Source of the DNA: Octopus vulgaris
Lineage: Eukaryota
Length of the DNA: 64,000 nucleotides
Direction: 5' to 3'
Assembly: GCA_951406725.2 (NCBI GenBank)
Contig: OX597817.1
Coordinates: forward strand, 166,904,001 to 166,968,000
Below, one piece after another: positions 27,330-40,999 of this stretch. The stretch's first letter is position 1. The number at the start of each line of letters is the position of its first letter. The notes beneath the pieces are model-generated. The model ran no database searches and was not told the DNA's origin. It saw only the letters and a list, made by a program, of their open reading frames with translations. The position numbers and the translations under genes were made by a program.

Positions 27330-28280
27330 CTTTTTACTATAGATACAAGACCCGAAATTTGGGGTGGGGAAGTTTAGTCATTTACATCGGTCCCAGTATT
27401 TAACTGGCATTTATTTCATCGACCCCAGGTAAAGGCGACCTCAGCGGTATTGAACTCAAAACGTAAAGACAGACGAAATACCTATTTGTTTATTACCCAC
27501 AAGGGGCTAAACACAGAGAGGACAAACAAGGACAGACAAACGGATTAAGTCGATTACATCGACCCCAGTGCGTAACTGGTACTTATTTAATCGACCCTGA
27601 AATGATGAAAGACAAAGTCGACCTCGGTGGAATTTTAACTCAGAACGTAGCGGCAGGCGAAATACCTATTTTTTATTACCCACAAGGGGCTAAACACAGA
27701 GAGGACAAACAAGGACAGACAAACGGATTAAGTCGATTATATCGACCCCAGTGCGTAACTGGTACTTATTTAATCGACCCCGAAAGGATGAAAGGCAAAG
27801 TCGACCTCGGCGGAATTTGAACTCACAACGTAACGGCAGGCGAAATACCTATTTCTATTTCTTTATTACCCACAAGGGGCTAAACACAGAGCGGACAAAC
27901 AAGGACAGACATAGGTATTAAGTCGATTACATCGACCCCAGTGCGTAACTGGTACTTAATTTATCGACCCCGAAAGGATGAAAGGCAAAGTCGACCTCGT
28001 CGGAATTTGAACTCAGAACGTAACGGCAGGCGAAATACCTATTTCTATTTCTTTATTACCCACAAGGGGCCAAACACAGAGCGGACAAACAAGGACAGAC
28101 ATAGGTATTAAGTCGATTACATCGACCCCAGTGCGTAACTGGTACTTAATTTATCGACCCCGAAAGGATGACAGGCAAAGTCGACCTCGGCGGAATTTGA
28201 ACTCACAACGTAACGGCAGGCGAAATACCGCTAAGCATTTTGTCCTTTATGCTAGCGATTCGACTAACACGTTGCCTTCA
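27330..28280 (-). mobile_element. Head-to-tail tandem array of SINE bodies (~180-bp units)
   Basis: About 4-5 copies of acccacaaggggctaaacacagag...gtcgacctcggcggaatttgaactc. Confidence 0.85.
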
Positions 28281-28834
28281 TCTTTTTAATAATAAATACA
28301 TTAGTATTTATGTATGTAAGATATTCTGCAATAATATCATATCCATAACAGATCTCTTAAATGGTATTTGTAACAAAATTGTTAGAGCGTTGAACAGAAT
28401 GCCTTGCGATATATAGTTCTGGCTGTTTGCGTTCAAATACTGCCAAGGTCGGCCTTATTTTTCCTCAAACAGTTAACTCTTTGCCTTTCTTCTGTATCAC
28501 ATGTGATACACAAGTCGTATTCCCTCTGACGCTTACGACGACGAGGGTTCCACTTGATCCGATCAACGGAACAGCTTGTTTGTGAGATAAACGTGCAAGT
28601 GGCTGAGTATATTTCAGAGACACGTGTACCCCTTCACATGCTTCTCAAGGAGAGTCAGCGTGACACAGAGTGTGACTAGACTGGCCCCTTGAAATACAGG
28701 TATTACTCAGTTTTGCCAGCTGATTTCATTGGAGCAACGTGAAATAAAGTGTCTTGCTCAAGAACACAATGCGCCGCCGAGAATCGAACTTGCGACCTTA
28801 CGATCGCGAGCCGAATACACTAACCACTAAGCCG

Positions 28835-28877
<43 letters not shown>

Positions 28878-28912
28878 ACACACATATGTATATATACGTA
28901 CATATATATCTA

Positions 28913-30503
28913 TTAGGTTGGCAACCAAGTTCCCAACGTTTTTTAAATTTAAATTTTTTAAAAGGTTTAATAAAAAATAACAACTAATTAATCAATAATG
29001 TATTCACCCTTGTTGTTTACAACTTCTTCCCAACGTTCAACAAGATTTTCAATACTTCGTTGGAAGAACTCACTTGATTTCGACTCGAAAAATTGATCCA
29101 ACCAAGCTCTCAATTCTGCATCAGTATTGAACGAAACTCCGCGCATAGCATTTGAAAGAGATCGAAAGAGGTGGAAATCCGTTGGTGTCAAATCAGGAGA
29201 GTACGGCGGGTGTGACAGCACTTCCCAGCCATGCTTTTGAATGGCTTCCTTGTCATATTGGCAATATGAGGGCGTGCGTTGTCGTGCAGCAGAAGAACTC
29301 CATGCTGACGATTAGGTCTTTTCTCTTGAATAGTCGTGTCGAGTCGTTCTATCTGTTGAGTGGAGGTGCAATGGCCCAGTGGTTAGGGCAGCGGACTCGC
29401 GGTCGTAGGATCGCGGTTTCGATTCCCAGACCGGGCGTTGTGAGTGTTTATTGAGCGAAAACACCTAAAGCTCCACGAGGCTCCGGCAGGGATGGTGGTG
29501 ATCCCTGCTGTACTCTATCACAACTTTCTCTCACTCTTACTTCCTGTTTCTGTTGTACCTGTATTTCAAAGGGCCGGCCTTGTCACTCTCTGTGTCACGC
29601 TGAATATCCCCGAGAACTACGTTAAGGGTACACGTGTCTGTGGAGTGCTCAGCCACTTACACGTTAATTTCACGAGCAGGCTGTTCCGTTGGTCGGATCT
29701 ACCGGAATCCTCATCGTCGTAACCGACGGAGTGCTTCCATCATCTGTTGAGTATATAGTTCCGCGTTGACCGTTTGGTTCCGTTCAAGCAATTCGTAATG
29801 GATAATCCCTTCCCAATCCCACCGTACGCACAACATCGTTTTACATAGATGAAGAGCTTGCTTCACGCGCGGTGTCGCTTGTTTACCGTGGCAAAGCCAT
29901 TCCTTACGCTGCTTCATATTGATGTACAAGCACCATTTTTCTTCGCCATTAACGATTCGGTGAAGAAATCGTTGCTTGTATCCATGAGATGAGCGGTGAT
30001 TGTGGCTCGTTGATTTTTGTTCTTGTCATTAAAGCATGCGGAACTCATGCTCCATACTTCTGAACCTTTTCCTTCGAGTGAAAATGCTTCTCTATAGCAG
30101 TGAGGGAGTATTCCATTCTCTCTGCCAGTTCCCTTGTCGTTTGACGAGAATTTTTGTGCAAAATTTGGCTTAATCGCTCTTCAAAGAACTCAACTGGACG
30201 GCCAGAACGAGGTGCATCTTTGAGGTCAAAATTGCCATTTTTGAACTTGGCATACCAAACACGAGCGCTTCTTTCAGCTATGGCACCCTCTCCATACACA
30301 GCACAAATGTCGCGAGCAGCATTTGCGGTATTAAACCTTGATTAAAAGCAAAAAGAAGGAGGTGTCGAAAATGCACGGTTTTCTTAACTTGATATTTCAT
30401 TTTAATGATCTGAAAATAAACAAAAATTAACTACAATTAACTAGAAAAAAAAAATAGATTCCAAAAGTAAAAAAAAACAGCGGGGACTTAGTTGCCAATC
30501 CAA
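28913..30503 (-). mobile_element. Mariner (Tc1/mariner) DNA transposon, defective
   Basis: Imperfect TIRs ttaggttggcaaccaagt / ttggattggcaactaagt; TA TSDs; transposase pieces 28988-30400 (RSGRP, *VPHAL, HDNARP, HPPYSPDL..DFHLF). Confidence 0.93.
29361..29741 (+). mobile_element. tRNA(Arg-like) SINE inserted in the mariner transposase
   Basis: 10-bp TSD atctgttgag at 29351-29360 and 29742-29751. Confidence 0.92.
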
Positions 30504-30539
30504 TATATGCATATATACATATATCTATGTATCTGTGTG

Positions 30540-30576
<37 letters not shown>

Positions 30577-30723
30577 CGTTTTGGGATTTGGTTTACAAGA
30601 TTCTTTATATGAGTTAGTGTGTTGAAGCATATTCTGTTGTGTCTGGGGAGAGGCATTTTCTTTACCGGTGAGTGTGTTATATTATAAGGCACAAAAAGAA
30701 AATGACTCTCCCCAGACACAACA

Positions 30724-30759
<36 letters not shown>

Positions 30760-30889
30760 CTACATATATGTATATATATACATATATGTATGTATATATA
30801 TATGTATTGTGTAAATATATGTATGTATGTATGTATGCGGTATTCAGTTCCCTATATGTATGTCTTATTATCATTACCACCACTCAGTC

Positions 30890-31740
30890 GGCGAACAAAC
30901 AGAATCGATAGCGCGCTGAGAGACATGCTTAGCTGTATTTCGTCCGTCTTCACGTTCTGAGTTCTAAGTTCGCCGAGGTCGACTTTGCCTTTCATCCTTT
31001 CGGGTTCAATAGAATAAATACTATTTGAGCAGTGGGGTCGATGTAATCGACTATTCCCCATCCCCAAAATTTCAAGTCTTGTGTCTATATTAGAAAGGAT
31101 TATTTTTTTTCTACTCTAGGCACAAGGTCTGAAATTTCAAGGGAGGGGTCAGTCGATCAGGTCGACCCCAGTACGCAAATGGTACTTAATTTATCGACCC
31201 CGAAAGGATAAAAGATAAAGTTGACCCCGGCGGAATTTGAACTCAGAACGTAGCGGCAGATGAAATACCTATTTCTTTATTACCCACAATGGGCTAAACA
31301 TAGAGGGGACAAACAAGGACAGACATAGGTATTAAGTCGATTACATCGACCCCAGTGCGTAACTGGTACTTAATTTATCGACCCCGAAAGGATAAAAGAT
31401 AAAGTCGACTCCGGCGGAATTTGAACTCAAAACATAAAGACAAATGAAATACTGCTAAGTATTTCGCCCGGCATGCTAACGATTCAGCCAGCTCGCCACC
31501 TTATTTAAAAGGATTATTACCATCACTAATGCGGCGAGCTGACAGAATCGATGGCACGCTGGGCAAAAATGCTTAGCAATATTTCATCCTTCTTTACGCT
31601 CTGGGTTCAAGTTCCACCCGGATTCGACTTTGCCTTTCATTCTTTCGTGGTCGATAAAGTAACTACCAGTAGAACATTGAGGTCGATTTATTCGACTTAT
31701 CCTTCCCCGGAAATTGCTGGCCTTGCGCCAAAATTTTAAA
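30890..31740. mobile_element. SINE cluster (ggcgagctggcagaa family, both orientations)
   Basis: Homology to the 27330-28280 units. Confidence 0.75.
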
Positions 31741-32363
31741 CCGTTATTACCATCACTAGGCGAAGGATTGGTACGATCATTGGACCATCGTAAAAGAATA
31801 CATTGCGTTATTTTTTCTGGCTCTTCACGTCCTGATTTCAAATCTGCAGAGATGAACTTTATCTTTTATCCCCATCAGACTCCAGAAAATAAAGTACCGG
31901 TCACGTACTGGAGTCAGTATAATTGATTAGCAGCCTCTCTTCAAAATGTTTGGCCTTGTACTCAATGCAGAAACCATTATTGTCATAATAGGGCAACAGA
32001 GTGACAGAATCAGTAAAGAGTCGTTAAAACAATATCTTGTAGTATTTGTTGTGCCTCTTTACATTAGCCCTTGTATCAAAGTTACTATTTTTGTGTTTTC
32101 AACAGTTTCGTGCGTGTTTCTACTGTACCAACTGGTACATCTCGACATTCCTCAGAGGCGTGTTACATATTGTTTTAGCGACATAGAGTTGTGTTTGTTA
32201 TGAAATATATTGCTTGTTTTTCTTTAGAGTCTCGTTTTCCCTTTTCTTTTCTTGCTTGTTTTTCTTTTTATGTTATAGTATTTAGTTTATTGTGTGCTAT
32301 ATGTGTGGATTGTTTGTGATTTTTTCCTCCCTCTTCCTTTTCTCTTGGACTTTCCTCTGTCTC

Positions 32364-32402
32364 GTGTTTCTGAAGAAGAACTTTGCTCGAAACGTTAAAC
32401 AC
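32364..32402 (+). ncRNA. Minimal hammerhead-like motif (family D) in a solo Penelope-type terminus
   Basis: gtgttt CTGAAGA a gaac ttt gctc GAAAC GTT aaacac; one mismatch in stem II. Confidence 0.6.
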
Positions 32403-33465
32403 CCTTTCTTTCCTTCCCCGAGCGTCTTTTAATATTTGGATCTACCACGTCCTTGCGTTGTTGTTTTTTCTTGTGTTTTTTCTTCGTTTTCTTTTATTAA
32501 CTTTAGAGATATATAGGCGTAGAAGTGGCTGTGTGGTAAGTAGCTTGCTTACGAACCACATGGTTCCGGGTTCAGTCCCACTCCCTGGCACCTTGGGCAA
32601 GTGTCTCCTACTATAGCCTCGTATTTAAACACAGGCCATGCTCGTGTAGGATTTTGAGGACGTTTCTTTTTACTGCTCTACACAGATCACGTTTTCCGCT
32701 TCTATTGTGGTAAGGTACTTCGAAACTTCGTTGATTTTTTTTTCATTCAAATGCCAGAAGAACAGGGTAAATTTTGTTATATTCCTTTCTCCCTAAATAT
32801 CTATACCAGCATGTATAATTATAGAATCTTTGTTTAAATCTCCCTTCCTCATGCCAATGTAGTGTATACATTCTACTTTCAGGCTGAATTGTATACTATT
32901 TAAACCTCGTAAATTATGCGCTCTGTCCTGCAAAATATATCTATTGGGCATGTATCTCTGTTTCTGCACGAGCATGTGGCTTCAGCTTTGTTAGTGAGTG
33001 TATGATATGGTTTTCTTATATATATATATCTTATAATTCAAGTTGTGCAACTGTAACTTATTTTCTACGATTGGAAAGGAAATGCTCTGGGATTATTATA
33101 AGCGCGCACATTTCTATTCTGAATATATAAAACTTTTTTAATTGACCCCCCCCCTCCTTATTGTAGCAATTTTGTTAAAGTCTACAAAACGTATACTTCT
33201 CCAGTTTCCACAAAATCATCACATGTTTTCTTCAAATAAATATTTCCGAATGTACCAACGAAAACAGTCAAGGGAAATAACTCAAATTTACATTTAAAAG
33301 CTTTGCTGCTGAAAGGAATTAAGGTTAGCAGAAACGTTATGTGTGAGAGTGTGTGTGTGCGTGCATGTGTGTGTGAGTGTGGATATATATGAATATATAC
33401 ATACGTGTGAATATATGAATATATACATACATATGTATAATATATGTATATAAATAAATATATAA

Positions 33466-33509
<44 letters not shown>

Positions 33510-33954
33510 ATATATATATCTGTGTATGTGTGTAGGTATGTGTAACATTTCAATGTTTTTCTCCTGTCAAATCCATTCAAGCAAGTAATATTTTGCGTTG
33601 TATAAATGAAACGAATATATTTCTTTCGGGGTGCGGAAATAATTTTACTAGGAAGAAAACGGTGATCCGCATTTTAGTAATTTCAATTCCTGCTCCATAA
33701 TAATCACCCATTCTTTCTTTTTACGTCATCCACTTGACTTGTCACTGTCTTTGTCATTCTGATATCCATTAATTGGAACGTACGTCTTACATGTTGTGGA
33801 GCCAACTTTCTGAAGTTGTATCACTATGTGATGACGTTTAAAAGACTGTGGCAATAAAGGAATTGATGCGTGAAATTTGACTGTCTTGTTCAACAGACAG
33901 AGCCATTGGTGTAGAATTTCGTCGAACCTCATCTAACATACATGCATATATATA

Positions 33955-34119
33955 GTTAATCCAAACATGAAAACACAAAGAGAAAACACAACAACGCGAG
34001 GACGTGGAACGAGTATAGTATTATTGGACGCTCAGGAAAGAAGGAAAGAAGGAGGGTTTAACGTTTCGAGCGGAGCTCTTCGTCAGAAACATAGGAAAAG
34101 AAAGATCCAAAGAAGGGAT
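33955..34119 (-). mobile_element. Solo Penelope-type terminus (family D) with hammerhead at 34056-34090
   Basis: Reverse strand reads gttt CTGACGA a gagc tcc gctc GAAAC GTT aaac; homologous to 14662-14830; inserted in (TA)n. Confidence 0.75.
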
Positions 34120-34120
34120 A

Positions 34121-34151
<31 letters not shown>

Positions 34152-34404
34152 CACTTGACCGACCAGGCTATCAGATGTTGTTACACATCGCTGGTCACAA
34201 TGTGTTTTTGGATGGTTTAAGCCTTCAAATGACGCTATCTCACTGACTAGGTGAGCAGGCCAACATTCTCTGTTGGTCGAAAGAAGGATTGGAGCAATGT
34301 GAAATGAAGTGTTTTGCTCAAGAACAACGCGCCGTCCAGTCAGGGAATCGAACCCACAATCTAGCGAACGTAAGTGCACCAGCCTAACCACAAGGCCACG
34401 TGCC

Positions 34405-34447
<43 letters not shown>

Positions 34448-34458
34448 TATATATATAT

Positions 34459-34532
<74 letters not shown>

Positions 34533-34859
34533 ATAGATATATATATATATGTATATGTATATCGCAGTATAGCTGTGGTAACGGCAGAAAGATTGAGTAT
34601 TTCACCCTTATAAGACGGAAAATGTTGCCAGCAGACAGGCACGGGACTCGAACCTGTACCCCTCATTTTTCCGGCTGAGTACCTACCATTAAGCTAAACT
34701 ACCTGCTGACAACAACCTTCGTCAAATTAAACGCTAAATATTACAGCTTTTGGAATGCAACAACATTCATACATACATACATATTAATATGTATATGTGT
34801 GTATCGGTAGCACTTTCTTTCATTGAACTTAGCCTTCTCCCTCTGTCCCACTCTCTCTT

Positions 34860-34900
<41 letters not shown>

Positions 34901-35186
34901 GTCATAATGAATTTAGCTTATTTTTTGTCCATGATTCACACCTCATACTTCAAGTACTATCAAGTATTTCATTATTCAATGTTTTTCTTTACACATTATA
35001 AAACAAGAAATTTGGTTACTATTTCTAGTAGGCCGAGTGACCTCCGGGTTAGCTTGTAATTGTATGGCACTTCATCTCAGGGGTGTAGTGTAACATGTAT
35101 TAAGTGTGATTGTATTAGATTTCAAGTAATGTGGATTTAGTTAATAGCGAACTCAGCAAATTTCATCTATTACAACAGGCGTTATG

Positions 35187-35619
35187 GGATCTTTTCGGTT
35201 TGAACGGCAGTTTTTAACATAATTTCTAGGTAACTAAAAAATTTTAAACTTTGTATACTGGTAGAATGTGTTTATAAAACATTTTTTTCTCTCGGCTTTA
35301 TTGAGAAAATTCTATAGTTTGTAAGATATTTGTGGGGTTTTTTCTTCAATTTCTGCAATTTCAACCAATCAATGACGTCCATTGAGTTAAAAAAACATTC
35401 TGTGCCGTATGAATATGTCCCTCGTTTAAGAAACAGATTGGGTTTATTTACATTTGTGAAGAAAAAAAGATACCCTTCCCCCCCCCCTAACCCTAACCCT
35501 AACTAACACTAACACTAAAACAGATTGAAATGCAATAGATCGATACTAGGGTCATAATTATGGGTGACAATTTCATATGACACCGCTAGAAAAAACTGCC
35601 GTTCAAACCGAAAAGATCC
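35187..35619. mobile_element. MITE with ~29-bp TIRs and an 8-bp TSD
   Basis: TIR ggatcttttcggtttgaacggcagttttt; TSD gcgttatg at 35179-35186 and 35620-35627; internal (CCCTAA)n. Confidence 0.92.
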
Positions 35620-36245
35620 GCGTTATGTTCTTAAGCTTCTCGCTCTTGCCTCTTACTTTATTACAATATTCATGTTAGACGCCATAACAGTGACACCTTT
35701 TGTAAAATAATTATGCAAATCGGTTAGAATACGAAAGAGCATTTTGATAGTTTGCTTATTTCTTTTCCCTCCTGATTAGAATTAACTTGGACGCTTCATT
35801 TTCCTAATACAATATTTAATGTCTGCCTGAAAATAATTCGTAACAGCTAATACTAATTCGGTCGGGGAGAGAATGACCATAATAGAAGTTTGTTTTCTTT
35901 CTTTTTTTTCTTTTTTCTTTTTCGAGAATAAATGTTTAATTAATTAATTCTCTCCGTTTTTAACTTATTTGTATTAGCGCAAAGAGCTAATACCGTAGCA
36001 AGTACTGCTTGAATATAAAGCTGGACTCTTGGGATATCTCAGTAAAATGTCGGTTAGTATGACAGCATTGCGGCAAAACTGTAAACTGATAATCACAGCG
36101 AACAGAATCTGCGGTCTAGTTTCGATCACCGATCGTAAATTGCGCTATGAATTTCTTGAGAAATGCATCAACATCACACATTCCTTTCTCCCTTCTCGTA
36201 AATAAAATGCCCGTCTTCTTATATAAGGATCAATGATGATGAAAG

Positions 36246-36805
36246 GGATCTTTTCGGTTTGAACGGCAGTTTTTAAAAATAAGTTCCACGTAACTAAACA
36301 CTTTTAAACTTCGTATACTGGTAGAATGTGTTTATACAACATCTTTTTCTCTTGGCTTTATTGAGAAAATTCTATAGTTTGTAAGATATGGATCTTTTCG
36401 GTTTGAACGGCAGTTTTTTAAAATAATTTCCACGTAACTAAACACTTTTAAACTTCGTATACTGGTAGAATGTGTTTATACAACATCTTTTTCTCTTGGC
36501 TTTATTGAGAAAATTCTATAGTTTGCAAGATACTTGTTGGTTTTTTCTTCAATTTCTGCAATTTCAACCAATCAATGATGTCTATTGACCTGAAAACATT
36601 CTGTGCCGTATGAAAACGTCCTTCGTTTAAGAAACAGATTGGGTTTATTTACATTTGTGAAGAAAAGAAGATACCCTTCCCCCCACCCCTAACCCTAACC
36701 CTAAAATAGATTGAAATGCAATAAATCGATACTAGGGTCATAATTATGGGTGACAATTTCATATGATACCGCTAGAAAAAACTGCCGTTCAAACCGAAAA
36801 GACCA
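36246..36805. mobile_element. Second MITE copy with a duplicated left end
   Basis: TSD gatgaaag at 36238-36245 and 36806-36813; left ~145 bp repeated from 36390. Confidence 0.88.
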
Positions 36806-37663
36806 GATGAAAGTTCTACATAATGGTACCCAGCCGCATAAATGGTGATATATTCGTTTAAGTTTAAATGAACCTAAGACTACATTATCCTATATATACA
36901 CGTTTCTTTCCATTTTTTAAAGACGATAAACTGTAAATTACTGAAGATATAGCTTCTATTTCTATAGGGCTGAGCGACCTGGGAGAGGCCATTTTTGGGG
37001 TAACATACAATGAAGCTTTATTTTTGAGTGATCTTGTGGCTTGCAACAAAGACACCTTTATCCCTATATTAGTCTAATGGTTTGTTACCTTTTAACTACG
37101 TAAGGTTCAGATCTTCCCTTTGATGAAGCCATTCAGATAACTTCTTTAGCCCCCATAAAATTCGTTTCAGTATCAAATTTTTACTTGATAATATTGTCTC
37201 CCTTGCGTTGTAGCATAGTGTATACTCAGTGAATTAGTGTGCATATGCATGGTGTCTTTGAGTATGTATATGTCCGTATGTATGTATGTATGTATGTATG
37301 TATGTATGTGTACCTTTGCTTGTCTTTGTGTGCCTGGTTGCATGTGTGTGTGTGTATCCGTGCGTGTGTGTGTGTGTATGTGGGTGTGTTTGTGATAGTC
37401 TTTATTCGATTGTTGAGTGACAACTAGTTATAATATAGAACAGACGATTGACTATTGAATTGAAGCAGGTTGTAGGACTGCATAAATAATTAAAAGATTT
37501 TCTATTTGTTTTAACAATAAGTGTTCCGTCAGCTGAACTGTCAACTCATTGTATTATCCTTTAGATGGTTGAGTATTCCAATGACACTTGTACACTCAAT
37601 GTAATCCTCAGGCAGAATCAGTGTGACACACTGTGCGACAGGAGCAGATTTTCAGATTATATA

Positions 37664-38262
37664 TTTCTTTACTACCCACAAGGGGCTAAACACAGAGAGG
37701 ACAAACAAGGACAGACAAACGGATTAAGTCGATTACATCGACCCCAGTGCGTAACTGGTACTTAATTTATCGACCCCGAAAGGATGAAAGGCAAAGTCGA
37801 CCTCGGCGGAATTTGAACCCAGAACATAACGGCAGACGAAATACGTATTTCTTTACTACCCACAAGGGGCTAAACACAGAGAGGACAAACAAGGACAGAC
37901 AAAAGGATTAAGTCGATTACATCGACCTCAGTGCGTAACTGGTACTTAATTTATCGACCCCGAAAGGATGAAAGGCAAAGTCGACCTCGGCGGAATTTGA
38001 ACCCAGAACATAACGGCAGACGAAATACGTATTTCTTTACTACCCACAAGGGGTTAAACACAGAGAGGATAAACAAGGACAGACAAAAGGATTAAGTCGA
38101 TTACATCAACCTCAGTGCGTAACTGGTACTTAATTTATCGACCCCGAAAGGATGACAGGCAAAGTCGACATCGGCGAAACTTGAACCCAGAACGTAACGG
38201 CAGACGAAATACAGTTACGCATCTCGCCCGGCGTGCTAACGTTTCTGCCAGCCCGCCGCCTT
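37664..38262 (-). mobile_element. Tandem trimer of a SINE body
   Basis: 3 near-identical ~184-bp units; a single head at the right end. Confidence 0.85.
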
Positions 38263-38907
38263 TATTTTCAGATTATACTTGAAGTGTCATCGTCAGTTTA
38301 CGTTTACCTTGATTCAAGCAGAAGGATTTGGTCAGTCCGCAACTTCGATAACAGGCTTTTGCATGTGATACCATGTAACGGGATCAAGCGTGAGATCTCA
38401 TGAATGCAAAGCAAAACTCTTAGCCACTTAGCCAAAACTCTTCCCATGATTATATGGACTGAACGTTTATCATTACCAAAGTGAAAATCGATTTTATCAT
38501 TTTTTTTTTTCTTTTAGACCAAATCACATTTGAATCTATATTGACATTCTTCAGTCTGTTGCGCTGAAAATACATACAAATAAATCAGGTTGAGGCAAAG
38601 CCATGTTGTTACATGATCAAATCACATTTGAATCTATATTGATATTCCTCAGTCTGTGGTGATAAATATATATTTCTTTACTACCCACAAGGGGCTAAAC
38701 ATAGAGGGGACAAACAAGGACAGACAAAGGGATTAAGTCGATGAAATCGACCAAGTGCGAAACTGGTACTTTATTTATCGACCCCGAGAGGATGAAAGGC
38801 AAAGTCGACCTCGGCAGAATTTTAACTCAGAACGTAACGACAGACGAAATACCGCTAAACATTTCGTCCGGCGCGCTAACGTTTCTGCCAGCTCGCCGCC
38901 TCCTGTG

Positions 38908-38944
<37 letters not shown>

Positions 38945-39264
38945 ATAGTAGTGGCGAGCTCTGTTATTGTTATTTGGCGGTATACCTTACAGCTGTTACT
39001 TCTAATGCTGTTGTGGTGGTATATATATATATATATATAATTAATCAATATAGGGTGGCAAAAAATTTCGTAGAATTTATTTGCCACCAGCGGCCTAGTG
39101 GGAAAAAAATTAAATAGTCATAGACCATTTATAAGTTCAACATCACAATCAAGGAATGGCCATATAGGCCATTCACCCACTAGAAATAACAGCCAAAGCT
39201 TCAACCGCAAAATAACATTAATTCCGCAAACCAGGAGAAAATTAAAAAAACATTTACCCTGTAA

Positions 39265-39369
39265 TTTCTTATACGATGCACCGTTTCATCTATTGTTTAA
39301 TGGTAAACTAACCTGATTAAATTAAATCAAGTCAATCTTCCATAGGCCGATAGATTCGTCAGTAAGAAA
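39265..39369 (-). ncRNA. Hammerhead ribozyme (family B, inverted copy)
   Basis: Reverse complement of 39800-39904. Confidence 0.85.
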
Positions 39370-39799
39370 CAGCCAAGATCCGAGCAGATATTATCACGAG
39401 GCACCTCTGCCCCTGCCTCGGCAATATCTGACCTAAAATTTTCAAATCATCGCACTCGCGCCAAATTTTATCGGCAGCAAATATAAGCTGCCGATTCCAT
39501 TACGGAATTAACCAGAAAATTCATAATTAATCAATATAGGGTGGCAAAAAATTTCGTAGAATTTATTTGCCACCAGCGGCCTAGTGGGAAAAAAATTAAA
39601 TAGTCATAGACCATTTATAAGTTCAACATCACAATCAAGGAATGGCCATAATAGGCCATTCACCCACTAGAAATAACAGCCAAAGCTTCAACCGCAAAAT
39701 AAATTTGGCGCGAGTGCGATGATTTGAAAATTTTAGGTCAGATATTGCCGAGGCAGGGGCAGAGGTGCCTCGTGATAATATCTGCTCGGATCTTGGCTG

Positions 39800-39904
39800 T
39801 TTCTTACTGACGAATCTATCGGCCTATGGAAGATTGACTTGATTTAATTTAATCAGGTTAGTTTACCATTAAACAATAGATGAAACGGTGCATCGTATAA
39901 GAAA
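39800..39904 (+). ncRNA. Hammerhead ribozyme (family B)
   Basis: tttctta CTGACGA atctat...atagat GAAA CGGTGCATCG TA taagaaa. Confidence 0.87.
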
Positions 39905-40023
39905 TTACAGGGTAAATGTTTTTTTAATTTTCTCCTGGTTTGCGGAATTAATGTTATTTTGCGGTTGAAGCTTTGGCTGTTATTTCTAGTGGGTGAATGG
40001 CCTATTATGGCCATTCCTTGATT

Positions 40024-40119
<96 letters not shown>

Positions 40120-40331
40120 TTAAATCAGTTGTTACACAATATATTATATAATACATAGCAAATAATAACAATATGTGAAAGATATATATATACATAATAA
40201 ACCACGGAGCCTCGTGGAGCACGGTGTATATATATCAGCCACAACAAATATATGGGAATCGAAATATATAAATATATATTGTGCATACATGTGTATGTAT
40301 GTATATATAAATATGTATATGTATATGTGCA

Positions 40332-40374
<43 letters not shown>

Positions 40375-40999
40375 ATGTATGTATGTATGTATTGTGTATA
40401 TGTGTGTATGTGTGTGTGTGTGTGTGTGTTATGTCTTAATATAAATATATTTTGGATAATTTTCAAAGCTGAGTATTTTCATGATGTATTTTCTAAATTT
40501 ATGTTGTCTATTAAAAAAGGATGTATGTTTTGATGTATGTAAAAAAAAAAAAAAAGAGGGAAAAGAAAAGAAAGATAAAATAACTACAAGCTCATAATTC
40601 AAATACAATATCTTTAGTATTACAACAAACATTCTGTACAATCAATTCTACATACTTCTCCTTAAAAAAAAAAAATATATAATAATAATAATTAAAAATA
40701 ATTAAAAGTAATCAACAAAACTAAACGAACAAAATAAAATTTAATAAAACAGTATCAACCAGAATGGCTAGCCACCAAATGTTGTATGTAATGAAAACGT
40801 TCTTTATGATAGACCGAACGAGAGCATATGGTCTTCTGAACAAATTGCTAAACGAACAATCACCATTGCAACACCACTCGATCACACTATACAAGTACTA
40901 TATATACACAAAACAAATTTGTCTTGGAATTATAAATAATAAATAAACACTTCGACATATACTGAGATGTGTTTTTTTCTGAACGCATCACCGGCGCAA

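Larger units (their letters stand above)
39037..40027. mobile_element. Family B retrozyme/pLTR-like element, second locus (486-bp unit, tandem + inverted)
   Basis: ttaatcaatatagggtggca at 39041 and 39527; orientation switch at ~39700; flanked by (TA)n; homologous to 641-1650. Confidence 0.85.

Noticed and set aside
26060-28280. Regularly spaced repeats suggestive of a CRISPR array
   Set aside because: Units are ~175-185 bp without unique spacers; eukaryotic context and no cas genes
34610-34710. tRNA-like sequence on the - strand
   Set aside because: A/B-box-like motifs are present but no convincing cloverleaf; likely a SINE head
35485-35512. True telomere or chromosome-fusion site
   Set aside because: Only about 3 CCCTAA units, internal to a MITE
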